Shown piece after piece: positions 9,727 to 21,299 of a stretch of 64,000 nucleotides of DNA. Every line of letters starts with the position of its first letter. Position 1 is the first letter of the stretch. The notes under the pieces are model-generated. The model was not told the DNA's origin. It did no database searches and saw only the letters and a program-made list of their open reading frames with translations. The stretch covers positions 321,697-385,696 of the forward strand of contig JBMNLH010000004.1 of assembly GCA_050952625.1 (NCBI GenBank), in the 5' to 3' direction. The translations under genes were made by a program, and so were the position numbers. This DNA is from Bacillota bacterium (lineage in GTDB: Bacteria > Bacillota > Ch66 > Ch109).

Positions 9727-10602
9727 ATGAGTGGAAAACTGATTAGGCTATTCTTAGTTGACGGTAAACCAAACGGCTTGCGAACCTTGGAAATTTCAAA
9801 CATGACTATTCACGCAACCATCTTTCCCAGGCCACAAATTGACCAGTTTGCCAAACGAGAATCTGCCAACAAGCCTGGTGTATATTTATTACTTGGTACT
9901 GATGTAGATAATGCAGAACAATTGGTTTTATATGTAGGTGAAGGTGATCCTGTTCTACCAAGATTGAAGAGTCATTCGAATAAAAAAGACTTCTGGACCG
10001 AGGCGATTGTATTTTCCTCGAAGGACGGGTACTTAACTAAGACTCAAATTCAGTATTTAGAGGCTGAATTATACACCATTGCTAAAGAAGCATTTAGGGT
10101 TAAGTTGGATAATTCCCAGTGCCCAACAAAACCTAACATATCGGAAGTAGATGAGGCAGAAGTAAGTCAATTCTTGGACGGAATCAAGTTGATCTTGGCT
10201 TCTCTTCATTATGACTTCCTTGAACCTCGCACCTTAATAGAGTCAGACAATACACCCATATCCAAGGTTTACGAACTTAAAAATAAAAAGGCCATTGGTA
10301 AGATGGCGATTATGGATAACAAGTATGTTATCCTCAAAGGCTCAACAGCGGTATTAGAAAACAGAAAATCTATTCCACCGGCCATAGCCAAATTAAGAAA
10401 GGACCTTGTCGAAACAGGAATAATGGTGAACAAAGGGGATGGAGTTTTTACATTTACCCAAGATGCAACTTTTAACAGTCCAAGCTATGCTGCAGCAGCC
10501 ATTGTTGGGGGTGCGGCAAATGGGCAAAAAATGTGGAAATACGAAAACAAATCTCTTAAGGAGATTGAAGAAGAAACAATGGTTATTGGGGCAGATGATT
10601 AA
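9727..10602 (+). CDS. GIY-YIG nuclease with C-terminal DUF4357-like domain
   Basis: PGVYLLLG...YVGEG..RLKSH..KKDFW; C-terminal FNSPSYAAAAIVGGAANG..WK. Confidence 0.8.
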   Translation: MSGKLIRLFLVDGKPNGLRTLEISNMTIHATIFPRPQIDQFAKRESANKPGVYLLLGTDVDNAEQLVLYVGEGDPVLPRLKSHSNKKDFWTEAIVFSSKDGYLTKTQIQYLEAELYTIAKEAFRVKLDNSQCPTKPNISEVDEAEVSQFLDGIKLILASLHYDFLEPRTLIESDNTPISKVYELKNKKAIGKMAIMDNKYVILKGSTAVLENRKSIPPAIAKLRKDLVETGIMVNKGDGVFTFTQDATFNSPSYAAAAIVGGAANGQKMWKYENKSLKEIEEETMVIGADD

Positions 10603-10782
10603 GCGTTGTTTGGGATGAAGACGGTCAATGGGAAATTTTGGAATAGCCGCGGGAATCACAAACATCCATAAGTCCACCCAGAGCGGAAGTTCGGCATTTA
10701 GTGATCGCATTTATAGCATTCAACCCTTCATAATGAACAGGATTGGATTTCATAAAACAATTTCTGTTCACAGGTGAATGCA

Positions 10783-12066
10783 TCAGCGGAATGGAACTGC
10801 CTGGAGTATGTTAAAAATATCTTCTGGCCGCCCGCCCTTTACATTCACTTCGACCACCATGTCACCATATAGGACGCTAAAGTGCATCCGATAACCCGTA
10901 TTGTCATCCCCGGCATCATTGACCGTATAAGCCCTTGTTTTAACGGCTTTCAGCGAGAGGTTTTCCGCTTTAAAAACCGGGTTATTCACAATTTCACGCA
11001 GTTCATCCGGTACCGATTCAGCGCGGGGAATAGGATACAGTGCCAGGTCATAAGTTTCCGGTTGGCTTAAATCCACGATTCTGGCCTCATCGTCTTTGGT
11101 TTTGCGATAGATCGTCAGAGTGAGATACCGCATGCCTTTTGTGTATTCAAGCCTCAATCCGTCACGTTGCTGATTCAAAATGCGCCAGGCCGATTCAAAA
11201 TTAAAGCCGGGCATGTGTGGGGGTACATATGCTCCGAAATCAGGGTCTCCCTGCGCCTGGGAAAGGGCTAGCTTCTCTGACCGCCAGGCCGGGATATAAT
11301 CCGGTGTGATTTGACCCAAATCAGCAGCAGTCCCAGCGGCGATGAGGTTTACCAGCATGGTCAGTTCTTCCTCAGCATTTTCGCCGGTGATCTCGATATA
11401 ATACCCCGTTCTATTAAGGGTAAATAAGGCGTAATACAGGGTATCCACCCGGCCGGATGGATCTTGCCAATATCCGGCTGTCACGGGAAGGTCGTTTATC
11501 TCAGAGACTCGAGGCTCATCTGCATACCTAAAGGTATAAGCGGGGGACCGGTCCTTAGCCATTTTAATCCTGATTTCCTGGCCTGAGTCCGCGTCTTTGC
11601 CGACGATGGTGACATCATCCAGAATCCCTTGGCCAGAAAACCCGGCGTGCCCTTTGAGCATATAGTTTTTCAGCATATCTGGTGTGCTTTTTAGAAGGGT
11701 GCCGATTTCATCTGGCGTAAGCTCTTGGGTGAAATAGCCGAGAATTGCGGCCCGTTTTGCCTCTGAACTTCCCTCCGCCCGATTAAAAAACAGAGCAGAT
11801 TCCTCGTTGGCATCCAACGAGGGTATGGTCGCGGGTGATGAAGTGTCGTCAGGCTGGATCACCGGAGAATTGACCTGGTTTGACGGAAATAGGTTGGGAA
11901 AAGCCCAAATGCTCATAAACACAAGCACAGCGCAGGCACATATGGGAGCATAACGCCCTAAAACTATGCGCCGAAGCGGAGGTCTTTGTGTTAAACGGTT
12001 CATGATTTTATCGTGTAAGGCTTGGTCAACGGACACCTGGTCCATGTAGCTGCGGTAATCTTTCAT
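10783..12066 (-). CDS. probable anti-sigma factor (single TM, large extracellular domain)
   Basis: Overlaps ECF sigma stop; short cytoplasmic N-terminus, TM at about aa 40-58. Confidence 0.7.
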   Translation of the reverse strand: MKDYRSYMDQVSVDQALHDKIMNRLTQRPPLRRIVLGRYAPICACAVLVFMSIWAFPNLFPSNQVNSPVIQPDDTSSPATIPSLDANEESALFFNRAEGSSEAKRAAILGYFTQELTPDEIGTLLKSTPDMLKNYMLKGHAGFSGQGILDDVTIVGKDADSGQEIRIKMAKDRSPAYTFRYADEPRVSEINDLPVTAGYWQDPSGRVDTLYYALFTLNRTGYYIEITGENAEEELTMLVNLIAAGTAADLGQITPDYIPAWRSEKLALSQAQGDPDFGAYVPPHMPGFNFESAWRILNQQRDGLRLEYTKGMRYLTLTIYRKTKDDEARIVDLSQPETYDLALYPIPRAESVPDELREIVNNPVFKAENLSLKAVKTRAYTVNDAGDDNTGYRMHFSVLYGDMVVEVNVKGGRPEDIFNILQAVPFR

Positions 12067-12557
12067 AACGTGTCCTCCTGCAACATAGTTCTGAGCTTTT
12101 GGCGTGCACGGGTGAGCAAACTTCTGACCGTGGATTCCTTTTGGCCGGTTATCCCGGCAATTTCCGCCGTCGTATATCCTTCATAATAAAAAAGATGGAT
12201 GACAATTCGGTACTTTGCCGGCAGGGACAAAATGGTTTCCATCAGATGCTGCTGCTCCTCCGACTGGGCCGGGTAAGATTCGAGCAGCGGGTCGGTTTTT
12301 TTCCGCCAGCTTAAGCGTAGACGGCTTTTACATCGATTAACGGTCACCCGGATAAGCCAGGCGATTTCGTGTTCTGGCGACTGAAAAACGGGGTGCTTCT
12401 CCATCACTTTGACAAACACTTCCTGCACAATATCCTCCGCGTCCGCTTTGTTTCCCAAGATGGCCACAGCGGTTCTATACAACCTGTTTTCATGTTTTAA
12501 TACAAATTTTTCCATCCAATCCTCCGGCCGGCAGGATTGATCAGCCATCCGATTCAC
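12063..12557 (-). CDS. ECF RNA polymerase sigma factor
   Basis: DAEDIVQEVF region 2; LPAKYRIVIHLFYYEGYTTAEIA..TVRSLLTRARQKL region 4. Confidence 0.92.
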   Translation of the reverse strand: MNRMADQSCRPEDWMEKFVLKHENRLYRTAVAILGNKADAEDIVQEVFVKVMEKHPVFQSPEHEIAWLIRVTVNRCKSRLRLSWRKKTDPLLESYPAQSEEQQHLMETILSLPAKYRIVIHLFYYEGYTTAEIAGITGQKESTVRSLLTRARQKLRTMLQEDTL

Positions 12558-12897
12558 TCCCTCAACCTATATACGCATGAAAGAGATGAATTGCTGCAAG
12601 GACTAAAAATATTATCAGGGGCAACTTTATCAAGGGTAGCTTTATCATGGCGTGGTCATGTATACATTCACAAAGTTGTATGGTTAATCTTAATTGGGCA
12701 GCTATATCATCATTAAAAGGTTGACCCTTATTGTTTGAAACCATGTTTCTCCGTATGCCTGGTTATCCCTGTATGTTCGGTTATAAGAGAGAATTTCTAT
12801 CATAATTTCGATAATATCAGTCGTACTGCGAAGCCAGATGAGGCAAAGCTGATCTTATCCAGTTTTTTCTACTGTTAGGTAATTTGTTACCTTCATA

Positions 12898-12926
12898 TTG
12901 ACATTTGGCAAACAAAATACTAAAAT
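12898..12926 (+). promoter_or_regulatory. sigma-A promoter
   Basis: TTGACA-17bp-TAAAAT upstream of the DUF2087 genes. Confidence 0.65.
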
Positions 12927-13013
12927 GTTTATAATAACATCAACAAAACATTATATCGTTGCTATCACTTTTGACGAAACAGCAAGATACAGTCTTAAGA
13001 AAGGCTGAGACCT

Positions 13014-13352
13014 TTGACTAATCAGGAAGAATTAAAACCGGTCGATTCGGCTTCTGATATTAAAAAACAAACAATAAAGGATTCGGAGGGCAGTAGTCCT
13101 CAGAATCAAAAGATAGTGCTGGAAATGAGTATGGATACAAAAGATGGACAACTGTTCCAACTAGAAGAATCCAGTCTTATTGCGCTGCGGGAAATTGCTC
13201 AAAAATTCCAACAGGGCCGCCTTTATCGGGAACGGGAAATCAATGAGATATTGAAGCAGTATTATGATGACCACATTACGCTTAGACGGTTTTTAATTGA
13301 ATACGGGTTTTTGGCCCGAAAACCCGATGGCAGTCAATACTGGCTAAAGTAA
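13014..13352 (+). CDS. DUF2087 domain protein
   Basis: YREREINEIL..DHITLRRFLIEYGFLARKPDGSQYW. Confidence 0.75.
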   Translation: MTNQEELKPVDSASDIKKQTIKDSEGSSPQNQKIVLEMSMDTKDGQLFQLEESSLIALREIAQKFQQGRLYREREINEILKQYYDDHITLRRFLIEYGFLARKPDGSQYWLK

Positions 13353-13410
13353 CCTCACTTATAAAAGTAGGGGTCTGGAACCTAAATCAACAACTGGAAG
13401 GTGTTAGCAG

Positions 13411-14547
13411 GTGAAAAAGATGGAAAGATTCTGGGAGGCCTCCTTGGAAGAAATGAAAAGAGGTTATTGGGAGGACCCGACTGGTTATGGTTGTCTGCTT
13501 TGCGGGCACCGCCTCGAAAAGGGAATCATCTATCAGGAGGATGGAGTGCTTTATGAAGCGGAGAAATATATGCAAGTGCATATTCAGAAAAAGCACAATT
13601 CGGTATTTGATTATTTGCTCGGCCTAGATAAAAAAATGACCGGTCTTTCGGAACACCAAAAAGAGCTGCTGCAGCTTTTTTATCAAGGAAAAAGCAATAC
13701 CGAAATTCAAAAAGAAATGGGAATCGGCAGCAGTTCCACGATCCGTCACCATCGTTTTGTATTAAAGGAAAAAGCGCGACAGGCTCGGGTGCTTTTAGTC
13801 ATAATGGAGTTATTGAAAGAGATGGACGAGAGCAGACCGAGTTCCTCGGATTCCGCCATGACTCAAAATGCCGCCCCCGTGATAGTTGGCTCCTTTCGTC
13901 TTACCCGGGAAGAAGTGGATAAAATATTAAAACGCTGTTTTCCGGAAGGGACAGATGGTCAATTAAAGACTTTTGACTTAAAACTAAAGAGCCGGTTGGT
14001 TGTTCTGCGGGAGATTACCAAAAAATTTGAGGCTCCGCGGATCTACCACGAAAAAGAAGTCAACGAAATTTTGAAATCAGTTTATGAGGACTACGTTACC
14101 CTGAGACGGCAACTGGTTGAGTATGGGTTTATGGACCGCAAAGCGGATGGCAGTGAGTATTGGCTAACAGAAACAGATGGAAATGAGGAAGAGAATATGG
14201 AGCGCAAAAAAGAATTAAAACAGCTTTATAAAGAAATGAAAAGCGAAGGTGGGGTTTATCAGATCCGAAACACCATCAACCAGAAGGTATTGGTGGTTAG
14301 TACCCCCAATCTAAAAACCATCAATGGCAGGCGTATGCAGCTGGCAGCCGGAAGTCATCAAAATAAACAGCTGCAGGAAGAAGTAAAGCAATATGGAACA
14401 GAGGCTTTTGTTTTTGAAGTATTAGAGGTTTTGGAGGAAAAAGAGGAGGGCCCCTTTGATAAGGGAGAAGAGCTAAAAAAACTGGAGAAAAAATGGCTGG
14501 AAAAGCTGCAGCCATATGGGGAACGAGGATATAACAAGCGGTCATAG
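13411..14547 (+). CDS. Zn-finger/LuxR-like HTH + DUF2087 + GIY-YIG-like fusion protein
   Basis: CxxC..H motif, SNTEIQKEMGIGSSSTIR HTH, DYVTLRRQLVEYGF, GGVYQIRNTINQK. Confidence 0.75.
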   Translation: MKKMERFWEASLEEMKRGYWEDPTGYGCLLCGHRLEKGIIYQEDGVLYEAEKYMQVHIQKKHNSVFDYLLGLDKKMTGLSEHQKELLQLFYQGKSNTEIQKEMGIGSSSTIRHHRFVLKEKARQARVLLVIMELLKEMDESRPSSSDSAMTQNAAPVIVGSFRLTREEVDKILKRCFPEGTDGQLKTFDLKLKSRLVVLREITKKFEAPRIYHEKEVNEILKSVYEDYVTLRRQLVEYGFMDRKADGSEYWLTETDGNEEENMERKKELKQLYKEMKSEGGVYQIRNTINQKVLVVSTPNLKTINGRRMQLAAGSHQNKQLQEEVKQYGTEAFVFEVLEVLEEKEEGPFDKGEELKKLEKKWLEKLQPYGERGYNKRS

Positions 14548-14669
14548 TGAACTCGTCCAGCCTTGTTCGGTTTTTGAAAGCACCTTGTTGAACATCAGGG
14601 TTTCAGGTGGAGAATCTGCTCCACCTGAAGTTAAACATAATAACCCCCACTAATAGGAGTAGGGATCTC
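14547..14669 (+). repeat. dispersed palindromic repeat (CTTCAGGTGG...CCACCTGAAG family)
   Basis: GTGAACTCG...TTCAGGTGGAG-AATCTG-CTCCACCTGAAG...CCCCACT. Confidence 0.7.
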
Positions 14670-14728
14670 ATTGACGGTGGTAATAGCTCTCACCATTGAG
14701 TTTTTTATGATAGGAGTTTTAATACAAA

Positions 14729-15089
14729 ATGGCCAAACCTACTTTTAACGAGTTTACGGAAATGCTGGAACAAGCTATAGAGCATATCCCGCCTCGGTTC
14801 TGTAGGGACTTAACTGGCGGCTTTAATGTCCAAAAAGGGAAGAAGCGGGAGGGCCCCTATTATATCCTGGGCGAGTATGTCGAGGGAGACCATCTGGGTT
14901 GTTTCATCATCTTTTATTATGGTTCCTTCGTGGCCCTTACTGGAGAATGAGCCTCGGGAAACCTGGGAAGCAGAGATTATGGATACGGTGCTGCATGAAT
15001 TGCAGCATCACCTGGAGGCTAAAGCCGGAAGAGATGATTTAGCCCGTCAGGAAATAGAAGAATTAGCCAAAGCCTTACGTAAAGAGTAG
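14729..15089 (+). pseudogene. zincin-like metallopeptidase, frameshifted near 14938
   Basis: ORF 14729-14950 (LGEY..IIFYYGSF) continues in another frame to DTVLHELQHHLE..AG..DL. Confidence 0.75.
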
Positions 15090-15169
15090 TAGGAAATAGC
15101 TTTTGCGGACCTTAGTAACACTGGGGATGTTATCTGAAAGTTGGCAGAACTAAAAAAGCAGCCGGTAGG

Positions 15170-15448
15170 CTACTTAGGAGGAAAAACATCGTCATGAGTT
15201 CCGATAATATATAGAGTGTTTATCTGGTCGTTCGCTTCTGAAGTTACCTCGATGATGATACGTACAGACATATTGACACTTATTTCAAAGAAGTTACTCG
15301 TTCCTTGTATTTTCTTATATCGAAGTGAGGGGTGGCTGGGGTCGGAAATGAATAGCTCAATAGCTTTTGCTGCTTGTTTATAAGTTTTTGAGTCTAGTTG
15401 CTTAAATTGTTTATCGAATTTTCTAGTAGATCTGAAGCGTCTGGTCAT
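15170..15448 (-). CDS. RelE/ParE superfamily toxin
   Basis: F..QFKQL, HPSLRYKKIQG, IGTHD; coupled to upstream AbrB gene. Confidence 0.85.
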   Translation of the reverse strand: MTRRFRSTRKFDKQFKQLDSKTYKQAAKAIELFISDPSHPSLRYKKIQGTSNFFEISVNMSVRIIIEVTSEANDQINTLYIIGTHDDVFPPK

Positions 15449-15738
15449 TATTTAATACCTTCAAGGAATTGGTTAATGGTATTAAATTCCCGGACATTGC
15501 CGGAATCAACATCATTTTTAGCTTCAAGCATATCATTTTGAGTAGTTTCGGACCAGAAGTATGCCTGGCTTGAAGGAACGAGTTTCATCGGTTCAATGAT
15601 GATTCTATTGTTATCCACCTTAACATCTAGTACATCGCCTTCCTTGATATTAAGTTGTTTTCTAATGTCTCTCGGGATGCTTATGAGGTTTCGTTTCTGA
15701 ACGAAAATCTTATGGGAGGTAATTGACATAATAGTCAC
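15448..15738 (-). CDS. AbrB/MazE family antitoxin
   Basis: ISIPRDIRKQLNIKEGD, QAYFWS..Q..EA..D. Confidence 0.87.
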   Translation of the reverse strand: MTIMSITSHKIFVQKRNLISIPRDIRKQLNIKEGDVLDVKVDNNRIIIEPMKLVPSSQAYFWSETTQNDMLEAKNDVDSGNVREFNTINQFLEGIK

Positions 15739-16159
15739 TCCTTTAGTCCTCTATAATCACAGTATATGTGTAATTACGTAATTAGGCAAATGCAAGAGAA
15801 AAATAACTATTAGGTATTCCTTTGGGGTACCACAGAATAGCATACTTTTTCACAATTTTTATTCTAATTCTAATCTTGGCTAAGCCCAATAGTCCAAAAG
15901 CTATCGTGCAAGCGATTTCGTTCTTCTTGCGCTTCCATGGGAGATGTTCTTGTACCTTCTCTGTCCAGAAGAACCGTCAGACTGTGTGAAAACGTCCTGT
16001 CTTGACCTTGAATGTACCCCATAAACCCACCTTTCCATTGTATCTTCTAGTTAAATCCTATCATTTTTGTAGATTTATGGAGAAAAATTTGGTTTTCACA
16101 CAGTCTGCCGTCCCTGTGGCTAAAAAGGAAGCAAAAGAACCGTCCCCTTGTTTGCTTTT

Positions 16160-18575
16160 TTACAAAGCATGCACTGCCTCGGCCACGGACCTCATTTTCG
16201 TCTTCTTTAACGGACTGATTACCGACAGGACGGTTATTCCGCTGATAAAGAGCGTGATTCCAATCAATTGGCCGAGAGGAAAATGCCATTGGATATGAAA
16301 CGACGCTAGCCAGGCATTGATCAGGAACCTTTGCAGAAACACCCCCAGGAAACAGCCAATCATACAGCCAGTCAGCGTATAGGTGGCTGATTCGGCCAGG
16401 ACCATTCGGCAGAGCTGACGCCAGGACATGCCAATGGCCCGCATGATCCCCAGGTACCTGGCTTTGGCCGCCACGCTGGTACTCATGGTGTTAAAGATAT
16501 TGATAATGCTGATTAAGGCAATGATCGCTAAGAAGCCGTAGATGAAAACAGCCATGGTGATAAAGGTTTGATCAATCTCGGCATTTTTTTGCCGGGCATC
16601 TAAGAAAGTAATGTCTTCACTCAACAAGCTTTTAATGCCCTGGACAGTTCTCTCCTGATTTCGGCCAGCAATTTGGATGTCCAGGCAATCATACGCGGTC
16701 TGGCCGGTGATTTCGGTGAATAGCTTCTCCGAGGTAATAAACGTGGCCAGGTTCAACTCGGAATCGTTAAATGGCACGGCCCTCAAGATACCAACAACCG
16801 TAAATTCTTTGGTTCCACCGGGTGTCTCAATGTAGACTTTATCACCCACCTGCAAGTTGGTGGTGGTCGTGGAAGTATTATTTCTTTGATTCAGAGCGAC
16901 GGCAATGAGGCCGTGGTTCTGGTTGAGCTGCTCTTCCGTGAATACCCCGTCGATTAAATCGGACTGGGCCCATTTCATCTGTTGCTGATCGTAGGAAATC
17001 AGCCAGGAACGCTCCAACGGTACCAAGAGGCCGTTTTCTGTTGTCGTTATCCCGTTTATGCTTTCTCTATAACTGTCAGTTAATTTTTCAGCGGCAAAAG
17101 TGGCCTCGACATGGGCAAACATTCTTCCATAGACTCGGTCTACCCCCTCGATGTTACTTAACCGGGCAGATAGATCACTCGGTAGACCCTGGGTTGAGGT
17201 CAGAGACAAATCCGGCGTATACGGCTTGGTCGTTTTCAGAGCGGTGTGCATAAAATCAACGAAAACCTGAAATCCCATAAACAAGATAATGCTGATGGCG
17301 ATGGAACTGGCCATTAACCAGAAGGTTCTCCTGGTTCGCCGGGCGTTAGTAACCCCCATGGCGATTTCCACCGTCAACCGCTGCATCAGCCAGCCGGCTT
17401 TTTTCTTGACCGGCGGCTTGATGTCGTTGCTGCCGGTGACGGCATTGATGGGCGAAACCCGGGCCGCCTTGCGGGCCGGCCCAAAGGAAGCGATTAGGAC
17501 CGTTAGAAAACCAATGCTAATCCCGGCACTTATCCCCACCAGGCTGAAATTGAACAGCGGAATGGCCCCAAACAGACTCTGGTTATAGAACTTGAGGATC
17601 GCACAACAAATAAAGGTCATCACCATTCCCGCCAAAACCCCGATGGGAATGGCGCGCAGGGTAATCGTCAGCCCTTCTCGGCGCACCAGCCGGCTGATTT
17701 GCGCCCGGGAGGCTCCGATACACCGCAACATGCCAAACTGGCGAATCCTTTCCAGCACCGAGATGTTAAACGTGTTATAAATCATGAGTACCCCCGGCGA
17801 TCAGGACCAGCGTGAACAAAACAGCCCCAATTTTGTAAAAATCAAGGACCGCATTATGATCACTTTGGCCGATGAGGGCCAGCAAGTGGGTATTGCGCTC
17901 GATTCGGTCCTCCGCAATCCCTAGATCCGCCTTGATTTCCTGTTCTGCTCGCCGGATATTAGCCCCGTCTTTAAATTCAATTAAAAAGATGCTTTTTTCG
18001 GCCCGTTGCAACTGATGGGCCCCGCTAACTGACAGGAGCACTCCGGGAATCCCTTGCGCTTTCATAACGCCGAGGTCGTAAAAAAGCCCGCTGACCCGGA
18101 ATTCTCGTTCCGGTGCGTCGGGAAAAGACAGGCGGACGTAATCGCCAACCTTCAGGTTTAATTGATGGCTTTCAGCCGCCCACTGTTCCAGCATGATTTC
18201 ATCAGGAGCAAGCGGATAATCGCCTTGCAGCAGTTGAACATTCATGTTGCCGGCAAATTGTTGATCCAGGGCCCCCAGTTCACAGGCCACCCCATTCAGC
18301 CGGGCCGACCCTAACATTGTCCAGGCGCCCGAATTTTGGACATCAATACGGCTGCTAATGGTCCTGACCTCCGACTCGGAGGCATTGAAGATCGCGAGGT
18401 GATAATTCCCGCGGTCGTGCATTATTTGGATTTTTTCAAATTCGATTAATACGTCCAACATTGAAAAAATACCGGTAATGAGGGCGACCGAGATCGCGAC
18501 GCTGATAATGGTCAGCCGGGTTTTTTTGCGGTGAGCGGCTAGATATTTAGGGACCAGTGCCAGATAGTGTTTCAT
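16160..18575 (-). pseudogene. FtsX/MacB-type ABC permease split by a frameshift near 17790
   Basis: ORFs 17775-18575 and 16160-17785 join as ...LIAG(V)LMIYNTFNISVLERIRQFGMLRCIGA; break at a G5 run. Confidence 0.8.
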
Positions 18576-19255
18576 TTTGCACCCCTCCCCAGTTCCTGGA
18601 CAAGGCCATCTTCTATCTGAAATACCCGGTCCGCCAGGGCCGCGTAGTTTTGATTGTGGGTAATGACCAGCAGGGTTTGGTTATAGCGGTCCACGGACAG
18701 CCGCAATAAATCCATAACCTCCCGGCTGTTTTTACTGTCCAGATTGCCGGTTGGTTCATCGGCTAGAATCAAGGCCGGTTTGGTGGCCAGAGCGCGCCCA
18801 ATGGCCACCCGCTGCTGCTGCCCGCCAGACAACTGCCCGGGCAAATGGTGTTTTCGATCCATCAATCCCAGAACGCTCAGCAGTTCGTCGATAAAGCGGC
18901 GGTCCGGCTTTTTATAATCCAACAGCAGGGGCAGGACAATGTTTTCTTCCACATTCAGCTCAGGGACTAGATTATAGGCCTGAAAGATGAAGCCAATGCT
19001 GCGTCGCCGGAAAACCGCCAATTCCTCTTCCGGCAGGGTATAAATATCCAGGCCGTTGATGATTACCCGGCCAGCGGTCGGGGTATCCAGGCCGCCAATC
19101 AAGTGCAACAGGGTGCTTTTTCCAGCCCCCGATTCCCCGACAATCGAGACAAATTCCCCTCGCGCCACAGAAAAAGTGGCCCCCTTCAAGGCCTCCACCC
19201 GGGTTTCGCCGGAACCATAAGTTTTGGACAATTGATCAATTCTCAGGATTTCCAT
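18572..19255 (-). CDS. ABC transporter ATP-binding protein (LolD/MacB-like)
   Basis: [27 protein letters not shown]. Confidence 0.93.
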   Translation of the reverse strand: MEILRIDQLSKTYGSGETRVEALKGATFSVARGEFVSIVGESGAGKSTLLHLIGGLDTPTAGRVIINGLDIYTLPEEELAVFRRRSIGFIFQAYNLVPELNVEENIVLPLLLDYKKPDRRFIDELLSVLGLMDRKHHLPGQLSGGQQQRVAIGRALATKPALILADEPTGNLDSKNSREVMDLLRLSVDRYNQTLLVITHNQNYAALADRVFQIEDGLVQELGRGAK

Positions 19256-19328
19256 GCTTCCACCTCGCATATCCTATCTTCTGCTAGTTAAGATAGCACC
19301 CCAAACTTACCTGAAGATGAATTTAGAC

Positions 19329-20579
19329 TTACAATTTTGTAAGCTTGGGCAGATGCACGGTGAAGCGGGTACCTTGTTCCGCACTGCTTTCTACGTTCAG
19401 GAAACCCCCATGCAAGTCAATGACGGATTTGGTCAGGGTCAGCCCGATGCCGATGCCCGGCTTATCCTGCGAGAATCGGCTGCGGTAAAATCTTTTAAAG
19501 ATATGGTTGAGATCATCGGGGTGAATGCCCGGCCCGTTGTCCCAGACGGTTATCTTGACAAATAACGGGGTTTCTTCCACTCGGATTTGGATCTGATCAC
19601 CAGGGTTGGTATGTTCTACCGCATTCTTGACCAGGTTGCTGATGGCCTCCAACAGCCATTGTCGGTCGCCAGAATAGGAGACGCGGCTGTCGGCCAGGAT
19701 GGCCAAACGTTTTTGTTCTAATTGCAGTCTGGTTTCAAAGGTCGCCGCGATTTGCCGGAGCAGATCGTTGATCACAACTGGACTCAGCTTCAGTTCGATC
19801 ATGCCGGCATCGAGCCGGGCTAATTTGAGAAGATTGGTAATCAGGGTTTGCATGCGTTCCAATTCCTGGGCGCTTTTGGTTAGGAAATTCAAGACGTTTT
19901 CGTTGCCGGATTTTTCACTCTGCATAATCTCGTTATACAGCATCAGGGCGGACAAAGGGGTCTTGAGTTGGTGGGAAATGTTGGTTATAGTTTCCTTGAG
20001 AAACAACCGGCTTTGCCTTTCTTTCTCGATGTGGGTTTGCAGGGTAGCGGTTACCCGGTCGATGGCGGCGGCTAGTTTCGCTAAATCACCTTCATCCTGG
20101 CGATCAAGCCTGATCAACGCTTTTCCATTAGTGATGTTTTCCACCGCCAGGGTGTAGCTGGCCAGTTGCTGATAAAGCTTGCGTAAGAAATGATAGACAA
20201 CGAACACTATGGTCAAGGCCAGGCAGGTCAAAAACACCAGGCAGGTGGCGCGGAGGCTTTGAAAAAACTGCGCTGCCTCCGGCACCAACTGCAAGGCAAC
20301 GGTATCTTTATACCCGGCTTTTTCGAGCAGCGCCTGCCCGGCCGCGAGATGGTCAGGTGATTTAGCCGCGGTAAAGGCGGCGGCAATTTCTGAATCAGCC
20401 AATTTCGCCGGCTCTTGAATCAAGTATCCGGCGATCATATAATCATGCTTTATCAGCTGATTTTTATATTGAGCAGCCGTCAGCTGGGTGATTGCTAGCA
20501 GAAGGACAAAGCTGCCCAGAAAAACCACCCCGAATATTAAAAATAACCTTTTGACCTCTCGGTTGGCGAAGATCTCCAT
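19329..20579 (-). CDS. sensor histidine kinase
   Basis: Two TM, ISHQLKTPL H-box, NLVKNAVEH, DNGPGI, GIGIGL. Confidence 0.93.
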   Translation of the reverse strand: MEIFANREVKRLFLIFGVVFLGSFVLLLAITQLTAAQYKNQLIKHDYMIAGYLIQEPAKLADSEIAAAFTAAKSPDHLAAGQALLEKAGYKDTVALQLVPEAAQFFQSLRATCLVFLTCLALTIVFVVYHFLRKLYQQLASYTLAVENITNGKALIRLDRQDEGDLAKLAAAIDRVTATLQTHIEKERQSRLFLKETITNISHQLKTPLSALMLYNEIMQSEKSGNENVLNFLTKSAQELERMQTLITNLLKLARLDAGMIELKLSPVVINDLLRQIAATFETRLQLEQKRLAILADSRVSYSGDRQWLLEAISNLVKNAVEHTNPGDQIQIRVEETPLFVKITVWDNGPGIHPDDLNHIFKRFYRSRFSQDKPGIGIGLTLTKSVIDLHGGFLNVESSAEQGTRFTVHLPKLTKL

Positions 20580-20606
20580 AATTGCGATAATTGCTCCTTT
20601 ATACCT

Positions 20607-21299
20607 TTATACAATATTCCATTTATAGCCCATCCCCCGGACGGTAATTAAAAACCTCGGCTGTTTCGGGGTGTCTTCGATTTTGTCCCGTAATCGGCTG
20701 ATATAGACCGCCAGGGTATTGTCATCAATGAAGCTATCCTGACCCCAGAGTCTTTGGCGGATCTGTTCCTTGGATAAAAGCAACCGGGGATTTTGCATGA
20801 AAAGGCATAAAAGCCGGTATTCCGCCGAGGTCAACTCAAGATCGCTGCCGCTTTTCATGACCCGGCCTTCTAAAAGGTTCACGGTAATCCCATTGGAGCT
20901 TAATTCACTGATTTGGCGAGGCCTAGCAGCGGATCTTCTTAATACAGCCTGGATCCGGGAAATCAGTTCATTAAGTTTAAACGGTTTGGCAACATAATCA
21001 TCCCCGCCAAGATCCAGGCCCATCACCACATTTACTTCTTCATCGGCGGCGGTTAGAAAGATAATCGGTACGCTGGAAATCTGCCGGATCACTTTACATA
21101 ATTCAAACCCGCTGCCATCGGGCAGCATGAGATCTAACAGAACCAGATCAATGCTATTCTGGCTAAAAGATTCTTTAGCCTCCGCTATGGTCCTGGCCAC
21201 CGTAACCTCAAAGCCCTGCTTTTTCAGGGAGAAACTCAGACCGTCAATGAGACTTAAATCGTCTTCAACTAGCAGTAATTTATACATAAATGACCTCAT
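20607..21299 (-). CDS. OmpR-family response regulator
   Basis: LLVEDD, LLDLMLPDGSG, KPF, ITVRGMGY. Confidence 0.94.
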   Translation of the reverse strand: MRSFMYKLLLVEDDLSLIDGLSFSLKKQGFEVTVARTIAEAKESFSQNSIDLVLLDLMLPDGSGFELCKVIRQISSVPIIFLTAADEEVNVVMGLDLGGDDYVAKPFKLNELISRIQAVLRRSAARPRQISELSSNGITVNLLEGRVMKSGSDLELTSAEYRLLCLFMQNPRLLLSKEQIRQRLWGQDSFIDDNTLAVYISRLRDKIEDTPKQPRFLITVRGMGYKWNIV

